A stretch of DNA of 63,308 bases from a virus (Duplodnaviria; Caudoviricetes). Both the position numbers and the translations under genes were made by a program. Below the pieces are notes generated by a model. The model worked only from the letters and a program-made list of their open reading frames with translations, did no database searches and was not told the origin of the DNA. Location of the stretch: positions 1 to 63,308 of the IMG/VR virus record IMGVR_UViG_3300035664_000014; one strand, 5' to 3'. Positions 39,515 through 48,374 of the stretch are shown one piece after another. Position 1 is the stretch's first letter; the number at the start of each line of letters is the position of its first letter.

Positions 39515-39807
39515 CCGCGCGTCCCCAAACCACAGCCCAAAACCACCCCAAAAGCCCCGAGTTTACTCTGTTGGGCGCGTTTGAGGACGAGGGGGTAATA
39601 CAGCAGTCAAACAACCGCAGGACGCCAGCGCCAGCGCCAGCGCACGCAGAACATTCGCTGAGTGCAGGCGTCGCCCAAGTCGACGCACTCATCAGGTTGC
39701 TACAGGCAAGAAAAGCAGGGAGCACAGCGGCGCAGGCCGCTGCCGTCAACAGTGCCATCAGCAGGCTCAGGAGAACTCTGTTGCCAGAGAACGCCAGCGT
39801 GCGGTAA
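39511..39807 (+). CDS. hypothetical protein
   Basis: ATGA-coupled to the previous gene. Confidence 0.5.
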   Translation: MTARPQTTAQNHPKSPEFTLLGAFEDEGVIQQSNNRRTPAPAPAHAEHSLSAGVAQVDALIRLLQARKAGSTAAQAAAVNSAISRLRRTLLPENASVR

Positions 39808-39832
39808 AGGGTAGCGAGACTGCAAAAAAAAC

Positions 39833-40213
39833 ATGAACACCTACATCGAAACCAAAATCATCAACGGCAAGCAAATGACGCTTCGTGAGTACAACGACCT
39901 GCGCGGTTGGAAGATGCTGCCAAACGAGAATCCGGCACAAGAAGGCTATCTCGTTGAATACACGGACGGGTGCGACTTCAATGGCTACATCTCATGGATT
40001 CCAAAGGACGTGTTTGAGAGGATGTATCGGCCAGCGCAGGGGATTACGTTCGGCGCGGCCATCGAGGCCATGAAGATGGGCAAGCGCGTTGCACGCGCTT
40101 GTTGGAGCGATAAGGGGATGCATCTGCGGCTTGTGTCGGGAACGATTGTTCCCAACGGTTGGCTTGCTTCGCAGACAGATATGCTCTCGGAAGACTGGTG
40201 CATCGTGGAGTAA
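39833..40213 (+). CDS. DUF2829 / Tad2-like anti-defence protein with extra N-terminal domain
   Basis: GYLVEY..GYISW.PKDVFE, then FGAAIEAMKMGKRVAR..W...WLASQTDMLSEDW. Confidence 0.8.
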   Translation: MNTYIETKIINGKQMTLREYNDLRGWKMLPNENPAQEGYLVEYTDGCDFNGYISWIPKDVFERMYRPAQGITFGAAIEAMKMGKRVARACWSDKGMHLRLVSGTIVPNGWLASQTDMLSEDWCIVE

Positions 40214-40620
40214 TAAATCTTGCGACACCTGCCGCTCGCGGTCACGGGTAATGCCGATGGCGACGCATAAGAGTGGTGTGACAGGCCGGAGAGACGGCCA
40301 ACCAAAAAACCGGATTAATGTTCCAGTTTCAAAAAGGCTGACGGGATTTTCAGATTCGTGAAAAGTTTTCCAAAACCCACAAAATCGGAAAACCATCCCA
40401 CCCAGAAAACAGGACGTAAATCCGTTTGTCCTGTTGCGCAGTGAGCGGTAAGCGCCGGTCAGCTCCCACGGGACGGGACGGGACGGCGGAACGGATCAGG
40501 CGGGGGATGAGGCGGGGGACGGGATGAGGGATATGGCATAGAGCATGGCATAGGTCAGGAACGCGCAGAAAGGCACCGAGAACGCGGCGAAGGGCGCGGC
40601 GCGGGTGAGGAGCGCAGGGC

Positions 40621-40650
40621 AAAAGAAAAGCCGCCCACAACGGGGCGGCT
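40621..40650 (-). terminator. intrinsic terminator (minus strand)
   Basis: GCCGCCC stem with T-run downstream of ORF 40683-40979. Confidence 0.7.
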
Positions 40651-40682
40651 CGGCTAGGTCAGGAGAGAGAGAGGGGGCGGTG

Positions 40683-40979
40683 TTAAATCGTGCAGCACCC
40701 GCAACAGGGCGCGTCAATGCACCGCCCACGGCGATTGCGCGTGAAGCGCGCGCCGGTTGAGAAAGCAATGCCGTAGGAAACCGCGTTGCCCTTGCTCCAA
40801 GAAAGCGCCTCAGCAGAGGCCTCAGAGGGCGCGTCACCGCACCGGTCAACGCAGTCAGGGCAATGCACAGCCCAGCCAGACCGCGCACGCGAGAGCGTGC
40901 CGGTGTTAGCGGGGACACGGCACCCACAGCCGACGCAGTCGGCGGGGTATTTGTTGGAGCGTTTGTTCAGGGTTTGCAT
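40683..40979 (-). CDS. Cys-rich Zn-binding protein
   Basis: CVGCG...HCPDC...RCIDAPCCGCC. Confidence 0.7.
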   Translation of the reverse strand: MQTLNKRSNKYPADCVGCGCRVPANTGTLSRARSGWAVHCPDCVDRCGDAPSEASAEALSWSKGNAVSYGIAFSTGARFTRNRRGRCIDAPCCGCCTI

Positions 40980-41422
40980 GGTTTGTTTCTGGTTTGGGGT
41001 TGTCTTGGGTTTGTCGGCAACTCCGACGGAAAGCTTTAGGGGAAAGTTTGCGAAAAGTTTGCGAAAGGGGTGGGGTTTGTGGCGGAAAAACCGGATTAAC
41101 GAACCAAATCCGAAACGGTTGGCGAGATTTTCGATTTCGTGAAAAAGTTTCTAAAAGGCAGAAAATCGAAAAACGGTTTCAGGTGGAAAATGCGGGTTTC
41201 AGAGGGGTTCGGGAGCGTGAATGGCGCACTAAGTTGAGTTTGCTTAGGTTGGATTTAAGGCGGGAAAGGTGAACGCGTGCAGAGAAGAGGAAAGAAACAT
41301 GGGCCTAGAACGAGCGGAAAGTGGGTGAGAACGCGAGGAAGGAAGCGGTGAAGGTGGCCGTATCGGACAAGGGGTGAGAAGCGCGGGAAGGGGTAAAGGG
41401 GAAGCGGGACGGATGGAGACAC

Positions 41423-41453
41423 AAAAAAAGCCGAACCCGTGAGGGCTCGGCTT
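41423..41453 (-). terminator. intrinsic terminator (minus strand)
   Basis: AAGCCGAGCCC/GGGTTCGGCTT stem plus T7. Confidence 0.75.
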
Positions 41454-41475
41454 GGATTGGGGAGGGGAGTGGGGG

Positions 41476-41658
41476 TCAGTGTCGGTACAAACGGCCGTCA
41501 GAGCCGACTCTCCACGCGTCAACGGGGGGCGGGGGGGTGGGGCGGACGGTGCACTGGATTATCAGCGCTTTGTCTACGGCAGCCTGAGCCGACTCGAGAG
41601 AGGAGGCCGTTATGGTTCCAAGATATCGCTCGGAACAGTAAACGTAGAAAGTTTGCAT
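41476..41658 (-). CDS. small hypothetical protein
   Basis: 60 aa between the GP88-like gene and the terminator. Confidence 0.55.
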   Translation of the reverse strand: MQTFYVYCSERYLGTITASSLESAQAAVDKALIIQCTVRPTPPPPVDAWRVGSDGRLYRH

Positions 41659-41670
41659 GGGTGCGGGAGT

Positions 41671-42399
41671 TTAGTTTGCAATGTCGACAACGAATCCTGA
41701 GCGGTCTCGCTTGGCCTTTCCCTTCGCCTTTAATCCGACAACGTAACCGGAACGGCCTGCCTTTGCACGGCGGTCTAAGAAACGAAGATCGGTTATGTCG
41801 CCGTTCAACACGGGCCGGTGTTTCCAAGTTGCGGGAAGGGAATCGCGGAACACGACGGAGACATTCCCGCCAGCGCGAAGAACTTGTTCACATTCACTCT
41901 CGTTCGCTGCTGAATCACGGGAGAACGTAACCGAGTAGTTCTGGGGGTGGAGGCCGCGTGCGTTGTCTAAGGCCTTTTTGACCGACTTGGAATAATCGTA
42001 GAACGGAACGTCCGGAAACAACTCCATCAGCGTCATGCCTTTTGAAGGTACGACAAGGCGGTGGAAGGCCAAGTCGGACGTTCCGTTAAGGCGAATGCAT
42101 GGAAGCATTCCCGCGCGTTTAGCCTTGCGCACCAAGGCCTTGCAATCTTCATACAGCGCTTCCATGAAGGCGTTGCGGTTGGTGAAGAAGAAGCGGGTCT
42201 TCTTCACTCTGGCTGCCTGAACAGAGTTGAAAGCACCTCGTCCTGCAGAGTTTAGGCAAGCTTCTTTGCAGGTACCGGCCCATGGGCAGACGTTGCCAGC
42301 GCCGGAAAGGTCGGAAGGGGAAAGGTAAAGAATGCCGGTGAGGTAGCTAAGTGATTCACCTTTAACGGTCTTTGCCGAGTTTGTTCCTAGGAGTTTCAT
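41671..42399 (-). CDS. GP88-like (radical-SAM-like) phage protein
   Basis: VCPWAGTCKEACL, RLNGTSD, FYDYSK motifs. Confidence 0.7.
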   Translation of the reverse strand: MKLLGTNSAKTVKGESLSYLTGILYLSPSDLSGAGNVCPWAGTCKEACLNSAGRGAFNSVQAARVKKTRFFFTNRNAFMEALYEDCKALVRKAKRAGMLPCIRLNGTSDLAFHRLVVPSKGMTLMELFPDVPFYDYSKSVKKALDNARGLHPQNYSVTFSRDSAANESECEQVLRAGGNVSVVFRDSLPATWKHRPVLNGDITDLRFLDRRAKAGRSGYVVGLKAKGKAKRDRSGFVVDIAN

Positions 42400-42431
42400 T
42401 TTGTTTTTTTTGGTAGTTAAAGGGTTCTGGT

Positions 42432-42956
42432 TTAGTGGTTTGAGTAGAAAAAGCACCCGTTGTGCTCGCAAAAGTCGAAGCGTAGCATGCTGTTCCAGAC
42501 CGCTTGCCAGTCGATACAAGCGGTTAGGTAAGAAGGCATTGAGTTTAGGTCTTCGTGCTCGAAAACGTACTCTTCAGCGAATGCTTCTGGGGAGTCATAG
42601 TCGCCAACGTACGCCTCAAGGGCTTGGGAGAGAGAGGTTTCCTCGAAGGAATACCCGAAACACTCGGTAAAGGCTTCCCAAATAGCTTGTTCCGCATCAT
42701 TGCAGTCAATCCATTCCCAAAGACTTGAGGACAAGGCGCTTTCGGAGTAGAAGGTGCGAGGGAAGCCTTCGAAGTCTTGAAACATCAGTTCGGGGTCTGA
42801 CTCGTCCGAATGGAGCTCTAGGCAGGCAGCGTGAAAGGTTTCGGGCGTGTGTCCTTCCAGCTTAATCCACGCGCCTTTGATGGAGCCTGAGTTGTACTTG
42901 GCGAAGGTGCCAACGTATACGGCGGGAGACACTTCGGTGCAGTTTTCGGTTTTCAT
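42432..42956 (-). CDS. ardA: ArdA antirestriction protein
   Basis: VYVGTFAKYNSGSIKGAW, DPELMFQDFEGFP, acidic composition, IDWQAVW. Confidence 0.9.
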   Translation of the reverse strand: MKTENCTEVSPAVYVGTFAKYNSGSIKGAWIKLEGHTPETFHAACLELHSDESDPELMFQDFEGFPRTFYSESALSSSLWEWIDCNDAEQAIWEAFTECFGYSFEETSLSQALEAYVGDYDSPEAFAEEYVFEHEDLNSMPSYLTACIDWQAVWNSMLRFDFCEHNGCFFYSNH

Positions 42957-43010
42957 TTTGTTTTTTGGTTTGGTTTGGTTTGGTTTGGTTATGGGTTGAG
43001 GGTGAGGGGT

Positions 43011-43166
43011 TTATGAGAGGAGTGAACGCCACAGCAGGACAGTGGACCAGATGAAAAGCGCCATCACGCAGAGGGCTTCCGGTAAGGTGAGGGTGAGTTG
43101 AGACAGCGCGAGGGTGTCGACAGCGGTGAGGGTGAGGAATCCGAGGGATAAGAGGTTGTGTTTCAT
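43011..43166 (-). CDS. small membrane protein
   Basis: 51 aa, hydrophobic, first gene of the reverse operon. Confidence 0.55.
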   Translation of the reverse strand: MKHNLLSLGFLTLTAVDTLALSQLTLTLPEALCVMALFIWSTVLLWRSLLS

Positions 43167-43253
43167 GGGTTTGTGGGGTTTTTGTTTCGCTTGCACATTG
43201 CAAGCTTGGTGCAAGGTTGGCGCAATACGTGAGGGTTGGCAATGAGAAAAATG

Positions 43254-43270
43254 CGCATTTTTTGCGTATC
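43254..43270 (-). promoter_or_regulatory. putative operator, second copy
   Basis: Exact reverse complement of 28415-28431. Confidence 0.55.
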
Positions 43271-43324
43271 AGAAGGAAAGGGAATCTTGAATCAGGCTCT
43301 ATAGAGAGTAGAGCCATATCCGAT

Positions 43325-43690
43325 ATGGCATCGCCTGCACAGTTGGCTAACCTGATTCACACGGGTAGACCAAAGGGAACACAGAACAAGACGACAACGG
43401 CGCTCAAAGACGCGCTGATGCTGTCCTTTGAGAGGCTAGGCGGCGCCGCGTACCTTGAGGAAGTGGCGCGTAGAGATCCGCGCACCTATTGTGCGCTCCT
43501 GGGCAAGGTGCTGCCACGCAATCCACTTGCTCCCGAGTCGGGAGCGGGAGCCGTCTCCACGCTATCAGACGCTGAGATTCGGCAAAGGGTCGCTGGTATG
43601 TTGCGCGAAGGGTTGTCTCCCGCTGGCATTGAAACAGGCGAAGTCGTTGATGCTGTGGAGGTTGCAGTTAAACCGAATGCGTCTCGATAG
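43325..43690 (+). CDS. terS: terminase small subunit (phage B)
   Basis: GRPKGTQNKTT...GGAAYL...LLGKVLP, upstream of terL. Confidence 0.75.
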   Translation: MASPAQLANLIHTGRPKGTQNKTTTALKDALMLSFERLGGAAYLEEVARRDPRTYCALLGKVLPRNPLAPESGAGAVSTLSDAEIRQRVAGMLREGLSPAGIETGEVVDAVEVAVKPNASR

Positions 43691-43853
43691 GTATCCATGT
43701 CGGTTATTGTATTGCGTAATAGGCCAAACTGATAAACGCTGAGTGATTCCAATGGATTCCAATACCGGATTAGGAGGGGGGCAAGACCCCCAAGGGTGGC
43801 GCCGGAACTTACAGCGGAGACGGCGGCGTCTCCGTGAATGTCGCTATTAGACC

Positions 43854-45299
43854 GTGAAAGAACTCAGTCCAGAAGAGAAAGCAGAACTGGTCATGTGCCT
43901 CGAGGAACTCCAGAGGCGCAAGCGCGAGCGCCGTTTACTCGGTTACTACCCAGACACCGGACCCCTCAGACGGGAGCTCTACAAAAAGCACCTAGCCTTC
44001 TTCGAGGCGGGGGCAAAGTACAAGGAGCGTCTGATGATGGCAGCCAACCGCGTCGGCAAGACCGAGGGCATCGGCGGCTTCGAGATGGCGGTACACTTGA
44101 CGGGCCGGTACCCCTCATGGTGGACGGGCCGCCGGTTCGACCGCCCCATCTCGGCATGGGCGGCGGGGGACACCGGTAAGACCTCACGGGACATCTTGCA
44201 GACGAAGCTGCTGGGACCGGCTGGGAGTCACGGCACGGGCCTCATCCCGAAGGAAGACATCCTGCGGGTGTCGGCCAAGGCCGGTATCGCTGACGCGGTG
44301 GAAATCATCGTGGTCCGGCACGCCTCAGGCGGAGAGTCGCGGTTAACGCTCAAGAGCTACGACCAGCGTCGCGAGAGCTTTCAGGGAACGGAGCAGGACA
44401 TCATCTGGCTGGACGAGGAGCCACCGCTGGACATCTACACGGAGTCGCTGCTGCGAACGATGACGAACGACGGTATGGTGATGCTGACGTTCACGCCGCT
44501 CTTGGGGATGAGCGAGACGGTGATGGCGTTCTTAAGGGACGGTGAGGTGTGTGAGAGGGCGGAGGGGACGAAGTTCGTGGGGATGGCGACGTGGGACGAC
44601 GTACCGCACCTGAGCCAAAAGCAGAAGGAGGACCTGTGGTCGAGCATACCGCCTTTCCAGAGGGATGCACGGTCGAAGGGTGTGCCGCAGTTGGGGGCGG
44701 GGGCGATATATCCGGTACCCGAGAGCGAGCTTGTGGTGCCGGACTTCGAGGTACCGGTGCACTGGCCGAGGGTGTTTGGGATGGACGTGGGCTGGAACAA
44801 GACAGCGGCGGTGTTTGGAGCGTTGGACCAGCAGAGTGACACGCTGTATTTGTACTCGGAGCATTACAGAGGGCAGGCGGAGCCGGCGATTCACGCGGAG
44901 GCGATTAACGCGAGGGGGCGTGGTATCCCTGGGGTGATTGACCCAGCGAGCCGTGGCAGAACACAGGTAGACGGGCAGCAGTTGTTTGTGAGGTACCGGC
45001 AGATGGGGTTGGATTTGACGGTGGCGAACAACGCGGTGGAGACGGGGATATACGACGTGTGGCAGCGGATGTCGACGGGTCGGCTGAAGGTGTTTAAGAG
45101 CATGACGAACTGGGTGGCGGAGTTCCGGTTGTACCGGCGGGACGACAAGGGTCGGGTTGTGAAGGAGAACGACCACTTGATGGATGCGACGCGGTATTTG
45201 GTGGTGAGCGGGCTGAACCGAGCGGCCTTGAGTCTGAAGAAGCGGATGCAGAAGCTCATTGACGTGGTACCGGTGATGAACTTCTTCTCGAGGAAGTAG
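43854..45299 (+). CDS. terL: terminase large subunit, P22 gp2-like (phage B)
   Basis: AANRVGKT, WLDEEP, TFTP, GMDVGW, DHLMDATRY motifs. Confidence 0.95.
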   Translation: MKELSPEEKAELVMCLEELQRRKRERRLLGYYPDTGPLRRELYKKHLAFFEAGAKYKERLMMAANRVGKTEGIGGFEMAVHLTGRYPSWWTGRRFDRPISAWAAGDTGKTSRDILQTKLLGPAGSHGTGLIPKEDILRVSAKAGIADAVEIIVVRHASGGESRLTLKSYDQRRESFQGTEQDIIWLDEEPPLDIYTESLLRTMTNDGMVMLTFTPLLGMSETVMAFLRDGEVCERAEGTKFVGMATWDDVPHLSQKQKEDLWSSIPPFQRDARSKGVPQLGAGAIYPVPESELVVPDFEVPVHWPRVFGMDVGWNKTAAVFGALDQQSDTLYLYSEHYRGQAEPAIHAEAINARGRGIPGVIDPASRGRTQVDGQQLFVRYRQMGLDLTVANNAVETGIYDVWQRMSTGRLKVFKSMTNWVAEFRLYRRDDKGRVVKENDHLMDATRYLVVSGLNRAALSLKKRMQKLIDVVPVMNFFSRK

Positions 45300-45413
45300 C
45301 AAGCTCCACGAATGCCCCAGCAAGCCCCAAAGCCCCCAAGCCACCACAACCCCCAAGCCCCCGAGCCCCTGCAACCTACCCAAGCCCCTACCCAGCCCCA
45401 TTGACACAAGCCC
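45299..45413 (+). repeat. C-rich degenerate tandem (AAGCCCC)n spacer
   Basis: About eight AGCCC-type units between terL and portal. Confidence 0.7.
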
Positions 45414-45428
45414 TTAAACCCGCATGAT
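45401..45428 (+). promoter_or_regulatory. putative sigma70-like promoter for portal
   Basis: TTGACA-16 nt-CATGAT abutting the start codon. Confidence 0.45.
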
Positions 45429-47472
45429 GATGAGCATGAAGAACGATCCGGTTAAGGTCCACGCGGACGCGCTTGCGGAGTTTGACCGCATACAAGAGGT
45501 GCTCAGGAACGAGCGTTTGCAGTGCCTGCAAGACCGTCGGTTTTGTTCGATCCCAGGGGCTCAGTGGGAGGGGCCGCTCTCTGAGCAGTACGAGAACCGG
45601 CCGAGGTTCGAGGTGAACAAGACGCAGCTGGCGGTGATGCGTATCATCAACGACTACCGGTCGAACCGCATCACGGTGGAGTACGTCCCCAAGGAGAAAG
45701 AGTACGAGTCACTGGCGGAGACGTGCAACGGTCTCTTTCGGGCGACGGAAGTGGACTCGAGCGCGGAAGAGGCGTACGACAACGCCTTTGAAGAGGCGGT
45801 GACCGGTGGGTTTGGGGCGCTGCGCCTGCGCAATGAGTACGAGGACGAGTACAGCGGTGAGAGCGACGAGCAGCGCATATGTATTGAGCCGATTTACGAC
45901 GCGGACTCCTCGGTGTACTTTGACTTGAACGCGAAGCGGCAAGATAAGGCAGACGCGAAGCGGTGTTTTGTGATTACGGCCTTAACCCGTGAGGACTACG
46001 AAGCGGAGTGGGGGGACGACCCCACGACGTGGCCGAAAGAGATTACGCGCACCCAGTTCGACTGGCAGACGCCGGATGTGGTGTATGTGGCGGAGTACTA
46101 CCGTGTGGAGGAGACGACGGACTACATGGTGACGTTTGAGGGGCTTACGGGGGATGAGGAGAAGGAGCTTTTGTCGGTGCTCAAGGAAGGCAAGATGGAG
46201 GAGATGGAGGCGCTTGGGTACAAGGAAGTTAAGCGCAAGAAGATTAAGCAGAAGAAGGTGCACAAGTGGATTATGTCTGGGGGGAAGATCCTTGAGGACT
46301 GCGGGTACATTGCTGGGAAGTGCATCCCGATTGTGCCGGTGTACGGGAAGCGGTGGTTTGTGGACAACGTGGAGCGGTGCATGGGGCATGTGCGGCTCGC
46401 CAAAGACATGCAGCGCCTAAAGAACATGCAGCTCTCTAAGCTCGCAGAGATTTCGGCGCTCTCGTCCATGGAGAAGCCCATCTTCATGCCCGAGCAGGTG
46501 GCGGGGCATCAGGTGATGTGGGCGGAAGATAACCTCAAGAACTACCCGTACCTGCTGGTGAATGGGATTACGGACGCGCAAGGCGCGGTGCAACCGGCGC
46601 CGCCGTTGGCGTACACAAAAGCCCCGCAGGTGCCCCCTGCGATGGCGGCGTTGTTGGGGGTTACGGACATTGATATGCAGCAGCTCCTTGGGAGCCAAGG
46701 CAACGGGGACAAGATGGTGTCCCACGTTACCAGTAAGGCTGTGGACTTGGTGATGCAGCGCCTCGACATGCAGAGCTACATCTACGTCTCCAACATGGCG
46801 AAGGCCATTAAGCGCGTGGGCGAGATTTGGCTGTCCATGGCCAAAGACGTGTTCGTGGAAGATAAGCGCAAGATGAAGGTTGTGACGTCCAACGGCGAAC
46901 AGGACGAGATTGAGCTCATGACACCGGTGATTAACCCAGAGACCGGTGAGCTTGAGTACGACAACGACCTATCAGAAGCCGAGTTTGACGTGGCGGTGGA
47001 CGTGGGACCGTCTTCAACAACGAAGCGGCAAGCGACGGTGCAGGCGCTGCTCTCGATGATGGCGGTGACGCAAGACCCTGAGACGATGAACGTGCTCTCG
47101 TCCATGGCGATGATGAACATGGAAGGCGAAGGGCTTGGGGACGTGCGCAGCTACTTCCGCAAGAAGCTGCTGAAGATGGGCGCGGTTAAACCCACTGAGC
47201 AAGAGGCCCAGGAGCTCCTTGCCGAGGCCCAGAACGCCCAACCGGACGCACAGACGCAGTACTTCGCAGCAGAGGCGCAAAGGGCAAATGCGCTCGCTAC
47301 AAAGGCACAGGCCGACACGGTGCTTACGCTGGCAAGGGCCGAGGAGACGCGAGCGAAGACCGAGGAAACGATTGCAAAAGCTGGTCAGATTGATCAGGAC
47401 AAGGCGATGAAGCTGGCGGACCGCATCGAGGACGATGTGCAGAAGCTGGTAGCGCCGGTGCAAACATTTTAG
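45424..47472 (+). CDS. P22-like portal protein
   Basis: GAQW, FEVNK, GGFGA, IPIVPVYG, DVGPS motifs. Confidence 0.92.
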   Translation: MMMSMKNDPVKVHADALAEFDRIQEVLRNERLQCLQDRRFCSIPGAQWEGPLSEQYENRPRFEVNKTQLAVMRIINDYRSNRITVEYVPKEKEYESLAETCNGLFRATEVDSSAEEAYDNAFEEAVTGGFGALRLRNEYEDEYSGESDEQRICIEPIYDADSSVYFDLNAKRQDKADAKRCFVITALTREDYEAEWGDDPTTWPKEITRTQFDWQTPDVVYVAEYYRVEETTDYMVTFEGLTGDEEKELLSVLKEGKMEEMEALGYKEVKRKKIKQKKVHKWIMSGGKILEDCGYIAGKCIPIVPVYGKRWFVDNVERCMGHVRLAKDMQRLKNMQLSKLAEISALSSMEKPIFMPEQVAGHQVMWAEDNLKNYPYLLVNGITDAQGAVQPAPPLAYTKAPQVPPAMAALLGVTDIDMQQLLGSQGNGDKMVSHVTSKAVDLVMQRLDMQSYIYVSNMAKAIKRVGEIWLSMAKDVFVEDKRKMKVVTSNGEQDEIELMTPVINPETGELEYDNDLSEAEFDVAVDVGPSSTTKRQATVQALLSMMAVTQDPETMNVLSSMAMMNMEGEGLGDVRSYFRKKLLKMGAVKPTEQEAQELLAEAQNAQPDAQTQYFAAEAQRANALATKAQADTVLTLARAEETRAKTEETIAKAGQIDQDKAMKLADRIEDDVQKLVAPVQTF

Positions 47473-47498
47473 TGGACAGACCCACTAATTGAGAAAAA

Positions 47499-48371
47499 AT
47501 GGAGAACAACAACACGGCAGTAGATGCTGAAGTTGTCTTGGAAGATGAGGAAGCTCCCGTAGCGGAGGCTGTGGCTGAGGAGACCGGTACGCCGGCGACC
47601 TCGGAGCCAGCCAAAGACGGGGAAGCGACCGCTTCAGAAGAGATCGACGTCAGTATCGGGGATTCGCCAACCCAGAAAGAGGACGCAGAGAAAGCACCGG
47701 AATGGGTGCGTGAAGTGCGTAAAACGAATCGGGAACTGCACCGTAAGAATCGGGAGCTAGAAGAGAAGCTGAAGGCAATATCGGCAACTGAGAACAATCC
47801 GGTTGACCCTGGGCCAAAGCCGACACTTGAAGGCGCTGATTACGACACGGAGAAGTACGAGGCCAAGCTGGCAGAGTGGTTTGACCGGAAACGGAAAGCT
47901 ACTGAACTCCAAGCCAAGGCCGAGGAAGAGCAGCAAGCCCAACAAGCAGAGTGGCACAAGAAGCTTGAGAACTACGCGAAGTCGAAGACTGAGCTGAAGG
48001 TTCGAGACTACGAAGATGCCGAATCTGCGGTGCAAGAGGTGTTGAACACGACTCAACAAGGGATCCTGTTGCAGGGTTCAGACAACTCGGCATTGCTGGT
48101 GTACGCGCTGGGTAAAAACCCCAAGAAAGCGAAAGAACTCTCTGAGATAAAAGACCCAGTGAGGTTCGCGTTCGCGGTGGCAAAACTCGAAACACAACTC
48201 AAGGTGACAAAGAAAACTGCTCCTCCTCCAGAGAAGACCCCACCGTCCGGCGGGGCTAGGTCAACCGGTGGTTCCGACGAAGTGTTGGACAACCTACGCG
48301 CAAAGGCTGAGCGCACCGGTGACTACACGCAGGTAATCGCCTACAAACGTCAATTGCAGTCAAAAAAGTAA
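47499..48371 (+). CDS. scaffolding protein (phage B)
   Basis: Acidic N-terminus, coiled coil, before the coat gene. Confidence 0.8.
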   Translation: MENNNTAVDAEVVLEDEEAPVAEAVAEETGTPATSEPAKDGEATASEEIDVSIGDSPTQKEDAEKAPEWVREVRKTNRELHRKNRELEEKLKAISATENNPVDPGPKPTLEGADYDTEKYEAKLAEWFDRKRKATELQAKAEEEQQAQQAEWHKKLENYAKSKTELKVRDYEDAESAVQEVLNTTQQGILLQGSDNSALLVYALGKNPKKAKELSEIKDPVRFAFAVAKLETQLKVTKKTAPPPEKTPPSGGARSTGGSDEVLDNLRAKAERTGDYTQVIAYKRQLQSKK

Positions 48372-48374
48372 CCT

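Larger units (their letters stand above)
40305..41175 (+). repeat. two imperfect ~90-bp A-tract repeats (40305-40393, 41086-41175)
   Basis: AAAAACCGGATTAA...GATTTT...TTCGTGAAAA...AAAATCG in both copies. Confidence 0.7.

Noticed and set aside
44532-45407. 291-aa minus-strand ORF
   Set aside because: Shadow of the G-rich terL gene; His/Pro/Arg-biased.
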